Source: an uncultured Chloroflexia bacterium
GTDB taxonomy: Bacteria; Chloroflexota; Anaerolineae; CG2-30-64-16
Reading direction: 5' to 3'
Length of the DNA: 64,000 nt
Assembly (NCBI GenBank): GCA_963774265.1
Contig: CAVZDU010000006.1
Span: 320,001 to 384,000, forward strand
The translations under genes and the position numbers were made by a program. The notes beneath the pieces were generated by a model. That model was not told where the DNA came from and made no database searches. It saw only the letters and a program-made list of their open reading frames with translations. Shown here one piece after another: positions 41,194-53,392 of this stretch (its first letter is position 1; each line of letters starts with the position of its first letter).

Positions 41194-42363
41194 TCAGGCA
41201 GCCCCGGCTGCGGGATTCATCACCCTGCCAAGAAAGAGAACGCTGCCCGTGCTATTCTCACGAATCAGAAAGACAAACGGATGATCGGCACGGAAGAGGG
41301 GCGGGCGCGATGGAAGCCCCTTCTCCATGATAACCGCTGTCGCAGCCGCCGCCTCCGCGCCTTTCTCGTTCACGGCAACAAAACCCTTGTGCAAGACTGC
41401 CGATATGAACAGGGTCGCCTCGTCCATTCCCGAAAAGTCCGCCTTAGCAGAAAACGCATCGATCATCCCCATCGATATCAGCGCATCGTCCAGCCTGAAC
41501 GGGAAGGCTATGTCGAACCTGGGCAGGAATACCTCGACCTTCGTCTCCCATAGATGCCCTGTCCACCTGCCCAAATTCTCAACCGTCAAAGAGTCTTCGA
41601 GTTTCGCCAGTCCACCGTTCTCCGTGGGCAAGAGCACGATCATCGACACATCATGCCCCGCGTACGGCAGCTCAAGAATCTGCAGACCATCGCTTTCGCC
41701 ATACACGAAGTCGTGCGTCTGAGTCATCATCGGTGTCTGGACGCGTTCGCCGGCCGCGACCCAAAACGGCGCCTTTGCGGTGAGCTGCGGATCAAACTGG
41801 CTGGCCCAGTTCCCTTTGAAATAGATGGCGTTGACCAGGACCAGGCGTGTAAGTGGACCGAGAAGCTCCGGTGGGATCAAATCCTTGATCTTACTTTCAG
41901 TCTCTTCTTCGACCCACGCGTTGATCGTGTGGCGCGCCGCTTCGGGGTTTCCGTAGTCAACAGTGGCGATCGACACGCCGTGGTATTGTTTCATCAGGGC
42001 CAGGAACTCCGCCAGGAGAGCATGCCCTTCCTGCCGCCAGAGCGAGTTGGCGATCCTCAGTTGCATCTGGCGCTTCTGGCTGACGTCGCCCAACTTCGCT
42101 TCCAGAAGGGCAAAGGCCGGATGAAGCTGCTTCTGATCCAGAAGGAAGTGAAGAGCCTGGGCCATCTGGCGTTCGGTGTTCCCCCGCGCGCCGGCATAAG
42201 TCATGGCCAGTGCAGTCGAGATGCTGTAGGGCGAGAAAAAGAGGTTCCCCCCGATAGACCTCAGCCTGCGGTAGAGATCCAGCCCGAATTCGGTGTTCCC
42301 CTGCACTGCAGTTGCCAGGATGGAACGGGTCTCTGCCTGAATGCCCTGCTCAGGTGATTTCAT
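41194..42363 (-). CDS. Serpin (serine protease inhibitor)
   Basis: NLFFSPYSI, LVNAIYFKGNW, VNEKGAEAAAAT hinge, FRADHPFVFLIRE...LFLGRV. Confidence 0.95.
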   Translation of the reverse strand: MKSPEQGIQAETRSILATAVQGNTEFGLDLYRRLRSIGGNLFFSPYSISTALAMTYAGARGNTERQMAQALHFLLDQKQLHPAFALLEAKLGDVSQKRQMQLRIANSLWRQEGHALLAEFLALMKQYHGVSIATVDYGNPEAARHTINAWVEEETESKIKDLIPPELLGPLTRLVLVNAIYFKGNWASQFDPQLTAKAPFWVAAGERVQTPMMTQTHDFVYGESDGLQILELPYAGHDVSMIVLLPTENGGLAKLEDSLTVENLGRWTGHLWETKVEVFLPRFDIAFPFRLDDALISMGMIDAFSAKADFSGMDEATLFISAVLHKGFVAVNEKGAEAAAATAVIMEKGLPSRPPLFRADHPFVFLIRENSTGSVLFLGRVMNPAAGAA

Positions 42364-42403
42364 GTGCCTCTCCGCGACTTTGATGGCCGCAATCGATGGG
42401 GGC

Positions 42404-42435
42404 ATTATCGCGCAGAGATGGGTGACTGAAAAGGG
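42404..42435 (-). repeat. Dispersed repeat copy C (partial) upstream of the serpin
   Basis: ATTATCGCGCAGAGA identical to copy A, 26/32 overall. Confidence 0.55.
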
Positions 42436-42681
42436 CAATCCTCCGGGAGGCAGGGCTGGTCGGAAGTGTTGACGATGCCGCACACGCCTGGGCAAACGCG
42501 AATCGATATGACACGCTGCCGTGCCATTGTTTGGCTTTGCACAATCTATCGGCACAAAGGTACAATGTCGGTGACTCTATAGCGTCCTGTAATCCGCCGA
42601 GACCATGTTCACCGGCCCGGCCGCGGTAACCAGTCGGTTCACGCAACTATCTGCCGCTGGTCCAACGGTGAGAGGTGAGGG

Positions 42682-43452
42682 ATGCCTGGAATGAATACCA
42701 TTCTGCCGCCCGCGCGCCGCTCCTGGTTGATTGCCACAGCGCTGGCCCCGATCATTGCGCTGGCCCCATCAGCCGTTCCCGGCCATGCGCAAGGCGGCTG
42801 CACCGTCCAAAGCACACCCTACTTCACCGAGTACTACGGTGACGTCACGGTGGATGGCGCGCCGGCCGCCAGCGGCGCGGTCGTTGAGGCGGTCAACGGC
42901 CAGGGCGTGCAGGCCGGCTGCTTCGTCGTCACGAACCCCGGTATCTACGGCTACATCCGCGTCTTCGGCGCAAATGCGGCAACGGGCACGCCGGGGATGG
43001 CTAGCAGCGAAGCAGTGACGTTCAAGGTCGACGGCGCGGTGGCAACCTCCGTGCCGGCCAGCGTGCTGTGGTCTGGTGAAAATAATGGGCCGCATGAGGT
43101 CGATCTCAGCGCGGAGGCCCTGCCGCCCAGGGTCGAGGATGTGCGGGCCGAGGTTGACGGGAACGCGGCCATCACGCTGGTCTGGACCGACGTGTCGGGA
43201 GGCACCGATCACTACGAGATCTGGCACAGTGCTTCGCCCTATTTCGCACCCCAGGCGCCCGAGGGCGAGTGCATCGCCTCGAACGTGCCGCGGCCTGCGC
43301 AGCCGGGCGATCCCGTGCCGTTCCCTGTTATCGGTGATCCGGCCACCAACGACTACTACGTGGTCCTGGCAGTTACCAGCAGTAACGTGAAGTCGCTCGC
43401 CTCGAATCGCGTCGGAGCCTTTGACTTCGCTCTGACGCCAGGCGGTTCCTAA
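42682..43452 (+). CDS. Secreted hypothetical protein with C-terminal fibronectin-III-like region
   Basis: Signal peptide (GHAQ), LVWTDV..DHYEIW, YYVVLAV, SNRVGAFDFAL. Confidence 0.6.
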   Translation: MPGMNTILPPARRSWLIATALAPIIALAPSAVPGHAQGGCTVQSTPYFTEYYGDVTVDGAPAASGAVVEAVNGQGVQAGCFVVTNPGIYGYIRVFGANAATGTPGMASSEAVTFKVDGAVATSVPASVLWSGENNGPHEVDLSAEALPPRVEDVRAEVDGNAAITLVWTDVSGGTDHYEIWHSASPYFAPQAPEGECIASNVPRPAQPGDPVPFPVIGDPATNDYYVVLAVTSSNVKSLASNRVGAFDFALTPGGS

Positions 43453-43476
43453 GCGGGGCTTCCCATGACGCGAAAA

Positions 43477-43539
43477 GGGCGGCCACACCGGGCCGCCCCT
43501 ACACTACGACAACGGGCGGCCATACCGGGCCGCCCCCAC
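43477..43539 (-). repeat. Two tandem REP-like palindromes (GTAG-type)
   Basis: Minus strand GTAGGGGCGGCCCGGTGTGGCCGCCC (43477-43502) and GTGGGGGCGGCCCGGTATGGCCGCCC (43514-43539) between convergent genes. Confidence 0.7.
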
Positions 43540-43543
43540 CCTG

Positions 43544-43949
43544 TTACGCGGGTTGCCGCAGCAACGGGCGGAACTTGTAGCCGTACAGGATCTGGCCTTC
43601 GTCCCCATCCTGGGTCAGCTTGCGCGTCACCATCTCGACCGGCATGCCGATCTTGACATCCTCGGCGTCCACATCGGTGAGTTGCGCGGTGACCATCGGC
43701 CCCTCGGCCAGCTTGACCAGGGCCATCGTGTACGGCGCATACTCGTCAAACCCGGCGGGCGCATTGTACATCGTCGTGAAGGAGTATACTTCACCCTGGC
43801 CGCTCAGGTTGGTCCAGCTCTGCTTTTCGGCAGCACAGTGCGGACAGACGTCCCGCGGCGGGAAGATGTGCTTTGCCACAGTCATTGCAGATTTCGGCCT
43901 TCAAGCTGTAACGCTGCTGGCGAGTGCGCCAATTGCGCGGAATCGACAT
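43544..43949 (-). CDS. DUF35 Zn-ribbon/OB-fold protein (thiolase-HMGS scaffold), one frameshift
   Basis: MSIPRNWR..QRYSL..ICNDCG, FPPRDVCPHC, GEVYSFT, IGMPVEMVTRK, YGYKFRP. Confidence 0.88.
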
Positions 43950-44112
43950 GAGTATGTTTCCTCCTAAGGATCTCAATACAACTCGCAAGCTATGCTTGCG
44001 CTCAAGCTCCGCTTGAGATACGATGCGCATTCTAACCCGATTGTGCCGCCAAAAACTATCACTTTAGCTCCAAGACCAGCCCGGAACGGGTCAATGATAG
44101 GTTTTGACAGGC

Positions 44113-45264
<1,152 letters not shown>

Positions 45265-45272
45265 CTATCTCC

Positions 45273-46330
45273 TCAGTTCATCTGCAGCTTATGGCGGATA
45301 GCGCGCGTAGGTCGCGTAGTCGATCACCTTGCGCCGCGCGATGTAGTCCTGGGTGCTGGGCGCCCGGTCGCGCGCCTCCACGATGCGGTCGGTCACGCGG
45401 ATCGAGAACGCATCCGACCCGGCGCCCGAGCCGAACGAGACCATGAAGATGCGGTCGCCCGGCGCGGCCTCATCCAGGATCGCGGTCAGGCCGATCAGGG
45501 ATGAGCCGGCGTAGGTGTTGCCGATGACCGGCACCAGCAGCCCCGTCTTGATCTGCTCCGGCTGTGAAGCCCAGCATCTCGCGCCACGCGCTGCGGGAAC
45601 TTGGTGTTCGGCTGATGGAAGACGGCGTAGCGTGTAGTCCGACGGCTGCGTGCCCATCTCCTCCATCAGCTCGCCGGCCCGCGCTCACGACGTGCTCGAA
45701 ATAGGCCGGCTCGCCCGTGAAGCGGTGGCCGTGGCTGGGATAGTGCGCATAGGCCCGCCGCCAGAAGTCCGGCGTGTCGGTGACGTGCGACAGCATCGCC
45801 TCGTAGACCGCCACGCTCTCCTCGGCCGGCCCGACGATGAAGGCCGCGCCGCCGGACGCCGCGGTGTACTCCAGCGCATCGCCGGGCCGGCCCTGGGCCG
45901 TGTCCATGCCGATGGCCAGCACATAGCGTCCCATCCCCGAGCCGACGATGCCGATGCCCATCGACGATCGCCTCGCTGCCCGCCTTGCAGGCGAACTCCA
46001 GGTCGGCGGCCTGGATGTACGGCGTCGCGCCGATGGCCTCGGCCACGATGGTGGAGGTGGGCTTGACGGCGTACGGGTGCGACTCGCTGCCCACCCAGAC
46101 CGCCCGCAGGTCCTGGCGGATCGATCCGGGCCCGCGCCAGCGCATTGCGCGCCGCCTCGATGGACATGGTCAGCGTGTCTTCGTCCAGCCCGGCGACCGC
46201 CTTCTCCTTGATCGGCAGCCCGCCGGTGCCATCGGTCCAGACCCGGGCCACTTCCGCTGGCCGGCAGCCGATAGCGCGGCACATAGGCGCCGTACCCGAC
46301 GATGCCCACATCACGATCCGGTTTCAACAT
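45273..46330 (-). CDS. Hydroxymethylglutaryl-CoA synthase (archaeal-type), frameshifted
   Basis: [70 protein letters not shown]. Confidence 0.92.
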
Positions 46331-46429
46331 GGAGTTCGTCCTCCCAATAAAGCACTTTCAGCACGTGATTATAGCCATCTCAATCGTCTCTCTCCGTAGC
46401 TGCATAGCAATCTTACATGCTTTGTCGAG

Positions 46430-47769
46430 ATTGTCAAGGCTCGGTTCGACCGCAGCCTGGCGAGCACTCCTGGGCCCGGTCGGCCCGGATCTGCCGCTCC
46501 GCGACCAGCACGGCGCCGACCGCGGTCCACCTCGTCGCGCCGCGCGCCGGCGGCGATGGCGATCTGCCGCGCGTGCAGCGCCATGTGGCCCCGCTGGATG
46601 CCCTCGGTCGCCAGCGCGCGGATGGCCGCCAGGTTCTGGGCCAGGCCCGACCGCGGCGATGATCTCGGCCAGCTCGCGCGCGGTCGCCGACGCCCATGAT
46701 CTGCAGCGCGAAGCTGCGCCAGCGGGTGCACCCGCGTGGCGCCGCCGACGATGCCGACCGCCAGCGGCAGCTCCAGGCTGCCGACCAGCGCGGGTCCTGC
46801 GCCGGTTGCCGGGTCGCCGGCGACGTAGGACCAGGTCGACAGCGAGCGGTACGAGGCCGTCGCGGGCGGCGTAGGCGTGCGCGCCGGCCTCGATCGCGCG
46901 CCAGTCGTTGCCGGTGGCCAGGACCACGGCATCCACGCCGTTCATGATGCCCTTGTTGTGCGTCGCCGCGCGGTAGGGATCGACCGCGGCCAGCGCGTAG
47001 GCCTCGACGATGCGCTGCGCCACCAGCTCGCCGGGGTATGTCGCCGGTCGCCAGCTCCCTGGCCGGGACCACGCAGCGCGCCCGCGCCAGCCGCCGGTCG
47101 GCCAGGTTCGACAGGATGCGCAGGTTGACCCGCCCGCCGGTGATCTCCTCGACCAGCGGCGCCAGCGCCTCGCACGCGGTGTTGACCATGTTGGCGCCCA
47201 TCGCGTCGCGGCAGTCGTAGATCAGGTGCACGACCAGCATCGGCCCGACCGGGCTCTCGGCGCACGGTGCGCACTTCGACGTCGCGCGCGCCGCCGTGCA
47301 GGCTGACACGATCACCGGGTCGGTGCTGTTGGCCAGATCGAGCAGCCGCTGCTTGCCCGCCTGCCACGTTCGGCTGCGGCCTGGGCCAGATCGGCCACGT
47401 CCAGCACCTGCATCTGGCCGATCATCAGCGGCTCGGTGGTCTCGGCGTGGAAGCCGCCGCCCGCGCGCGCCAGCCGCGCCGCGAAACTGGCGCCCGCCAC
47501 CACCGACGGCTCTTCGATGACCATCGGCACCAGCACGTCGCGGCCGTTGACCACGAAGTTGGTGGCGATGCCCAGCGGCAGCGCATAGGTGCCGACCACA
47601 TTTTCCACCATCTTGTCGGCCTGTTCCAGGGTCAGCCCGCCCGGCGCCGCAGGAGCTCTTCAGCCGCGGCCGCCTGGTCCGGCGTCATGGCCGCCCAGTC
47701 CGCCACGATGCGCCGGCGTTCGGCGGGTGTGAGGTTGTAGAAACCACTGATGCGAGAAGATCGTGCCAT
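46430..47769 (-). CDS. mvaA: Hydroxymethylglutaryl-CoA reductase, class II, frameshifted (3' end approximate)
   Basis: [73 protein letters not shown]. Confidence 0.9.
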
Positions 47770-47787
47770 GCTTCACCTTGCTCCACA

Positions 47788-47830
47788 AAAAACGGGCCAC
47801 AGCCCGTATCGGTTGCCAGACTATAGCCTG
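47788..47830 (-). terminator. Hairpin plus U-tract between the membrane-protein genes and HMGR
   Basis: Minus strand GGCTATAGTC...GGCTGTGGCC CG TTTTTT. Confidence 0.45.
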
Positions 47831-47855
47831 CGGAAACTCTCAAAACCTATCGGAA

Positions 47856-49259
47856 TCAGGGTTCGAGGATGGAAAGCGGCAGGATGACGGCCGCGACCGG
47901 GTCGGTCAGCAGTTGCGGGAAGAGGCCGAGGAGCAATCCGGCCGCGACCAGGAGGACCGCTATGAACGCCAGGCTCAGCGGCTCACGCTCGACGGGGGAG
48001 GATTCTAAGTCTCCGAAGCAAGCCTGGCCCGCCCGGATGGCGCCGACCAGGACGCCAAACGCGCCGAGCAGCAAGAGCAGGGCCCAGCGCCTGATCATTT
48101 TCGGCCACCAGCTGCAGCAGCGCCCAGCGGGACGCAAACTGCGCGGTCAACGGCATGCCCGCCAGGCCAAACCCACCGGCGATCAGCGCGATCACCGCCC
48201 ACGGCAAGCGGGAGGCCGCGCCGCGCAGATGCTCGAATCGATCGGACGCCATGTGGTGGCGGATAGCCGCCGCACCCGTCGCCAGGGTGAGCAGCGCAAA
48301 GGTGCGCGTCAGCAGCAGCCAGATGGCAGTGGGCAGCCCGGCCGTGCCGCGCAGGCCCATCGCCACGATCAGGATGCCGTAGTCGTAGAGCGCGGCATAA
48401 CCGAGCATGCGTCCCAGCCGTCGTTGCGTGGCCGTCAGTGGCGCCGCCGAGCACCGCGGTCAGCACCCCCAGCCAAGCAGCCAGCGCGCGCTGTCCACGG
48501 CCGTCGCTCAGCCAGGGATAGGTCACCAGGAAACGCTGGAGCAGGAACAGCGTGACGGACTGCCCGCCGATCCACAGGAAGGCCGCCACCACCGGCGGCG
48601 CCTGGCCGGCCACGGCAGGGATCGCCACGTGCAGACGGCGCGGGCTGCAGCAGCAGGACGAAGCCCGCGATCAGCAGCCAGCCCGCGATGCGGTAGGGCG
48701 TCTGGTCGTCGGGGTTGAGCGGCGCCTGGTCGATGTACCAGGATGCGACGAGAAAAAGCGGCACGGCCAGCGTCGGGAAGAGCAGCTGGCGCCATGCGCC
48801 CGAGGTTTCGCCGGGCTGTCCGGCCTGGATCAGGAAGACGGACAGGATCGCGGCCAGGACAATCGCCATGGGAGCGAACGTCAGGGGCTGCAGCATGACC
48901 ACCACGCCCCAAATCGCCAACAGGAGCATCCCGAACGGATAGAAAGTGCGGCCCTGATAGGTGCGCCAGGCCAGGATGAAAGTCACGGCGGCGGTGACGA
49001 ACAGAAACACCAGCAGCGCGCGGGAGGCGGGCGAAATGTGGAGCGAGATGTCCTCCCAGATGAACGAACGCCCGAGGTCCACCGGCCTGCCCAGCAGGAT
49101 CACCGGCGTGGTGATGGGCAGGCGCCAGAGGCCGATGGCAATCAACGCTGAGAGGCCCGACGCGATGCTGGCGGCCAGGGATTCAAAGCGCCGGAGGATG
49201 TACAACACGCCTGCAGCGAGCACCAGCACACCGAGCAGGAGCAGCGGACCTGAAATCAT
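47856..49259 (-). CDS. Proton-conducting transporter (MrpD/NuoN-like) membrane subunit, frameshifted
   Basis: Multi-TM, P.H.AIP, RMLGYAALYDYG, GGFGLAGMPLTAQFASRW. Confidence 0.7.
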
Positions 49260-49936
49260 GGCGCCTCTCCGCCGAAGCCCGACAGGTCAGGCTCCCCGGG
49301 CGCGGCCGCAGGCGCGGCCAGGCCATGGGCAAGGATCAGGTAGGCGATCGCCAGACCCAACAGAACCTGTCCTCCCTGGAGCATGCCCACCAGCATACGC
49401 CGCTGAATCAGGGTGAAGACCACGAGCTGGGCTGCGCTTAGAAACGTGAGCAGACTGAGGCCGGCGTGCAGCGGCTCCTCGTGGAGGGCCATGCCGACCA
49501 GGCCGATCAACCCCAACCATAGGACCGCGTCCCGGAACAGCGGCGAAACGTGCGGCAGAGAAACCCCTTCGCGCACCGCCGCGAATGTAATCGCGGCCAG
49601 CCCTACCGCCAACACGCGGAAGGTGGTCAGGGAGGCCATGCGCGGCCATCGCGCACTGGCCGGGCGCCCAAGATAAGCAGACGTGCGCAACTGGCGCGCA
49701 GACATGAACAGCATGACGGCCACGAGTCCACCCACGATCACTTGTTGCAGCGCCCACTCGGTCGGGATGACCTGCGAGAGGAGCAGCGATAACATCACCG
49801 TCACCACGGCGTAGCCAAAGAGGACGACGCGCCAATCCCTGGGCACGACGATCAGCACTGCCCCGATGCCGGCCAGCACGACAGCGGGTGCACCGACCAA
49901 CAGGCTTAGTTGGCGAAACAAATCAGCAAGCGACAT
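49256..49936 (-). CDS. Hypothetical membrane protein
   Basis: About 7 TM segments, DWR motif, translationally coupled to neighbours. Confidence 0.7.
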   Translation of the reverse strand: MSLADLFRQLSLLVGAPAVVLAGIGAVLIVVPRDWRVVLFGYAVVTVMLSLLLSQVIPTEWALQQVIVGGLVAVMLFMSARQLRTSAYLGRPASARWPRMASLTTFRVLAVGLAAITFAAVREGVSLPHVSPLFRDAVLWLGLIGLVGMALHEEPLHAGLSLLTFLSAAQLVVFTLIQRRMLVGMLQGGQVLLGLAIAYLILAHGLAAPAAAPGEPDLSGFGGEAP

Positions 49937-49942
49937 ACTTAT

Positions 49943-51709
49943 CTATCCGCGCAGCAGAACCCAAAGCACCAGGCCGGCAAGGGCCAACCACCCGAGGTAG
50001 CCTTCGCCCTCGCCCAGGGCTGCAAAATACTGGAGGCCGTTGGCCAGGAGCGCAAAGCCCGCGGTCACGCCCTTGTAGAGCCACTCCAGGCTGGCAATCG
50101 CCACGATACCCGCCTGCCAGCCGCGCATCTGGCCGAGAATCCTCTCGCGGAAGGCGCCAAGCGCCACACCAAGCACCGCCGAGAGCGCCAGTCCTCCCCA
50201 CACCGAGCGCCGCGTCTCGCCCAGTGCGTTGTTGAAGAGCGACCCGAAGTTCTGTGCATCGGGCCAGCCGGCCAGGGCCGCAAGCAGGCGGGGAAGGAGG
50301 CCGAAGGCAATGAGCGGGATCACGAGCAAGACGATCGCCGCAGACACACGCAGGAACGACAGGCGGCCTGGCGCAGCACCCTCAGGCAGCGGCGACGGGT
50401 CACGCCGGACCGCTTCCCAGAGGCTGGCCACGAACAGGATTTCGGCGAGCAGGGCCACAGCAAATAGCGGTACGGCAAGCGCGAATTCGGTGGGGAACAC
50501 TAACACACTGCGCGCGAAAAAGCCGACCGTGCCGGGCAGACCCCAAAGCGCCAGGGCTGCCAACCACATGGGACCGCGCCAGCCGAGCAAATCGCGGCCG
50601 GCCTGCCCGGCGGCCAGCAGCGCGCAACCGAGGCTGAAGGTTGCCAGCGACCAGACGAGGGCTTCAGGTCCTGCGGCAGACGCGGTGTAGGCCGCGATCA
50701 CGGCCAGGCTGGCGCGATTCAGTGCGATCCAGCGCCACCGCCGGTTGCGGTCCTCCACGGCCCACGCCACGAGCGCGGTGCCCAGCAGGGCCAGCACGCT
50801 GAGTGCGATCCACTCCGGACGGCGCAGCCAATCTGCCCCTGCCAACGCATGCACACGACCCAGCAGCCACAAGCCCGCCGTCGGGCCGATCAGGTAGATG
50901 GGAAGCCAGTAATCTCGCCGCGAGCCGCCCCAACCGGTGAGCCAGAAGTGCAAGGGGTAGACCCCCGCCCGGATCAGGGCCGCCACCCACAGCAGCACAA
51001 GCTGCCCGTCGGTCAGCGGCTGTCCGACGGACAGCCTGCGCTCCATCAGGTTGGCACGGATGCCGTTCTCCCCCAGCAGCGCCAACAGGAAGAGCAGAAG
51101 GATGCCTGCCAGGCTCAGCGCGCCCCAGGCACGACCGGAAACTTCGGCGGTATGACTCAAATGCAGCCGCACGGCCAGGGCCGCGTCCAGGATCAGCCAA
51201 CTGCTCGCCAGGGTCAGGATGTTGCCGGACGAAACAAAAACCAGCGCCGCCGCACCCAGCCAGAGCGTGCGCTCCCCGTCGACGCCGATCACGTCGAGGC
51301 GCAAGCGGGGGGACACCGGGTCAAGCAACCCGTCGCCCAGGAGGAGTGCAATGCCGGTGAGCGCGATGATGAGGGCGGACGCGGTCCAGTTCCACGCATC
51401 CACCCGCCACTCCATCACGCTGCCCGCGACCGTCAGTGGCTGCCACGTCCAGGCCAAAATCGGACGCGGCGACAGTGTCCGCAGGTGGACCAGCAGTGCA
51501 GTGGACGCGAGGACCGCCAACAACGCAAGGGGCAGGCGCACATCGTAGAGCCAGGACTTCGGCAACGCCTTCAGCAGCCGGCCGCTGATCATCTGTTCAG
51601 AGACCGCGTTCCGCCGCGCCATTCGCCGCAACACTGCCAGCGCGACGCCGCCGAGGCTCAGGATCAACGCGGGACCCAGGGGATGGAGGAACAGGGTTTT
51701 TAGGATCAT
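49943..51709 (-). CDS. Degenerate MrpA/NuoL-like membrane protein
   Basis: IRAGVYPLHFW, LWGLPGTVGF, 14 or more TM segments. Confidence 0.7.
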   Translation of the reverse strand: MILKTLFLHPLGPALILSLGGVALAVLRRMARRNAVSEQMISGRLLKALPKSWLYDVRLPLALLAVLASTALLVHLRTLSPRPILAWTWQPLTVAGSVMEWRVDAWNWTASALIIALTGIALLLGDGLLDPVSPRLRLDVIGVDGERTLWLGAAALVFVSSGNILTLASSWLILDAALAVRLHLSHTAEVSGRAWGALSLAGILLLFLLALLGENGIRANLMERRLSVGQPLTDGQLVLLWVAALIRAGVYPLHFWLTGWGGSRRDYWLPIYLIGPTAGLWLLGRVHALAGADWLRRPEWIALSVLALLGTALVAWAVEDRNRRWRWIALNRASLAVIAAYTASAAGPEALVWSLATFSLGCALLAAGQAGRDLLGWRGPMWLAALALWGLPGTVGFFARSVLVFPTEFALAVPLFAVALLAEILFVASLWEAVRRDPSPLPEGAAPGRLSFLRVSAAIVLLVIPLIAFGLLPRLLAALAGWPDAQNFGSLFNNALGETRRSVWGGLALSAVLGVALGAFRERILGQMRGWQAGIVAIASLEWLYKGVTAGFALLANGLQYFAALGEGEGYLGWLALAGLVLWVLLRG

Positions 51710-51831
51710 GGTCGCGAGACCACGACATTGTAATGCCGGGAGGGCGAACGGCCAAATCAGATTGGCAGCTCCACCGGACGCCGCATGTGCGCTTTTTGCC
51801 GCGCACCCGCGCATGGAGTAAAATCGCGGTT

Positions 51832-53259
51832 ATGCCGCCTGCTCTGTCCCAAAGTGCCCGCCGCCTGCTGCTCGCGCTTCGCGTCGTGGCCTCGCTGGTG
51901 ATCGCACTCCATCTCGCTGCACCGCTCCTCTCGGAAGAGATCGCCTGGGGGCTTTGGCCTGCCGCCTATCTGCCCGCGCTGGTGCGTTGGTTGTTCGCCC
52001 TGGCCACGCTTGCGCTGGTATGGGGCGGCGGGTGGCTCTGGCAGGCGCTGCCATGGATACGCGCGGCTCTGGGGCGGGTCCATTTCACGTCGCCACCCGT
52101 GCGGCTGGCCATCAGCCTCATCGCCGGCGCATGCTTCTTTGCCTTCCCTATCCGCCACCTGCGCTGGGGGGACGCCAAGCTGCTGGTCAAGGCGCTCGCC
52201 GACCCCTACCGGCTCACCTACGTGTGGCAGGCGCCGCTGGACGTTTTCCTCCACGCCAAGGGCTGGCAGCTCGGCAATGCCCTGTTCGGCTGGCCCGATC
52301 CCATCCCGGTGTATCGCATCCTCAGCACGCTTGCGGGCGTGGCGTTCGTCTGGGTCCTCATCGGCCTCGCGACCCGGTTGGGCCGCAACCGGACGGAGCG
52401 CGCGGCCACCGTGGGGCTGGTCCTGACGCTCGGCACGATGCAGTTGTTCTTCGGGTATGTCGAGAACTACCCCATCATGACCCTGGGCGTGTTCATTTAC
52501 GCCTACCTCGCGCTGCGCCGCCTGCGGGGTGAGATCTCCCTCGTCTGGCCCGCGACCGCGCTGGCTATCACGCATGCGTTCCACCCGTCCACCATCATTT
52601 TGGCGCCCAGCCTGCTCTACCTGGCCTTCGCGCCGCTGGCCGTTGAGCGGGGGAACGGCCTTCCACCAGGGGACGTCTCAAAAACGAAGGGCTGGCGGAT
52701 CGATGCCCGCTCCGTGCTGAGCGTTGTCGTTCCCTACGGACTGGTTTTTGCCGGTGTTGTTGCCCTGATGTCGTCCGGCGAGCACGGGCTGGACGCGTTG
52801 ATGGGGGTTGACTTTCCGGGCGGGGGTGACCGAAGCTGGTTCGTCCCGCTCTTCGAGATCACGACCAAATGGCAGCACTACACCATGTTCTCGGTCGGGC
52901 ACCTGGTCGACATCGTGAACCAGCAACTGCTCGTGGCGCCCATGGTGTGGCCATCGTTGATCCTGATCTGGCTGCTGGCCCGCGATCGTCTGCCGCGAAG
53001 GGATGCAACCGGCAGCTTCCTGCTGCTGATGGCAGGCTGCTATCTGCTGCTCACCCTGGTGTGGAACGCGGACTATGGAGGGCAGAGAGACTGGGACCTG
53101 TTCTCGCCAGCGGCTATTCCGGCCGCGCTGCTCCTGGCATGGGCATTGCCGCGGGCACTGACCGAAACGCCCGCGCTGCGTGCGGGGGCGAGCGCGATCA
53201 TCGCGAGCCAGGCGTTCCACCTGGTCGTGTGGATTTGGCGGAATGCACTGGTTCCCTAG
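51832..53259 (+). CDS. Polytopic membrane protein, possible GT-C glycosyltransferase
   Basis: Multi-TM, LRWGD, QLFFGYVENY, RDWDLF. Confidence 0.55.
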   Translation: MPPALSQSARRLLLALRVVASLVIALHLAAPLLSEEIAWGLWPAAYLPALVRWLFALATLALVWGGGWLWQALPWIRAALGRVHFTSPPVRLAISLIAGACFFAFPIRHLRWGDAKLLVKALADPYRLTYVWQAPLDVFLHAKGWQLGNALFGWPDPIPVYRILSTLAGVAFVWVLIGLATRLGRNRTERAATVGLVLTLGTMQLFFGYVENYPIMTLGVFIYAYLALRRLRGEISLVWPATALAITHAFHPSTIILAPSLLYLAFAPLAVERGNGLPPGDVSKTKGWRIDARSVLSVVVPYGLVFAGVVALMSSGEHGLDALMGVDFPGGGDRSWFVPLFEITTKWQHYTMFSVGHLVDIVNQQLLVAPMVWPSLILIWLLARDRLPRRDATGSFLLLMAGCYLLLTLVWNADYGGQRDWDLFSPAAIPAALLLAWALPRALTETPALRAGASAIIASQAFHLVVWIWRNALVP

Positions 53260-53392
53260 ATTGAAATCAGTTTCGTAAGATTCATTTCGTATATTTCAGG
53301 GTAACTTTTTTCGACTGGACCAAGGCTCGATTGCACTATCGCTGGCGGCATGTTGGGGAGACGGCGAGGCGCCTGGGTCAAAGGAGGCGATT

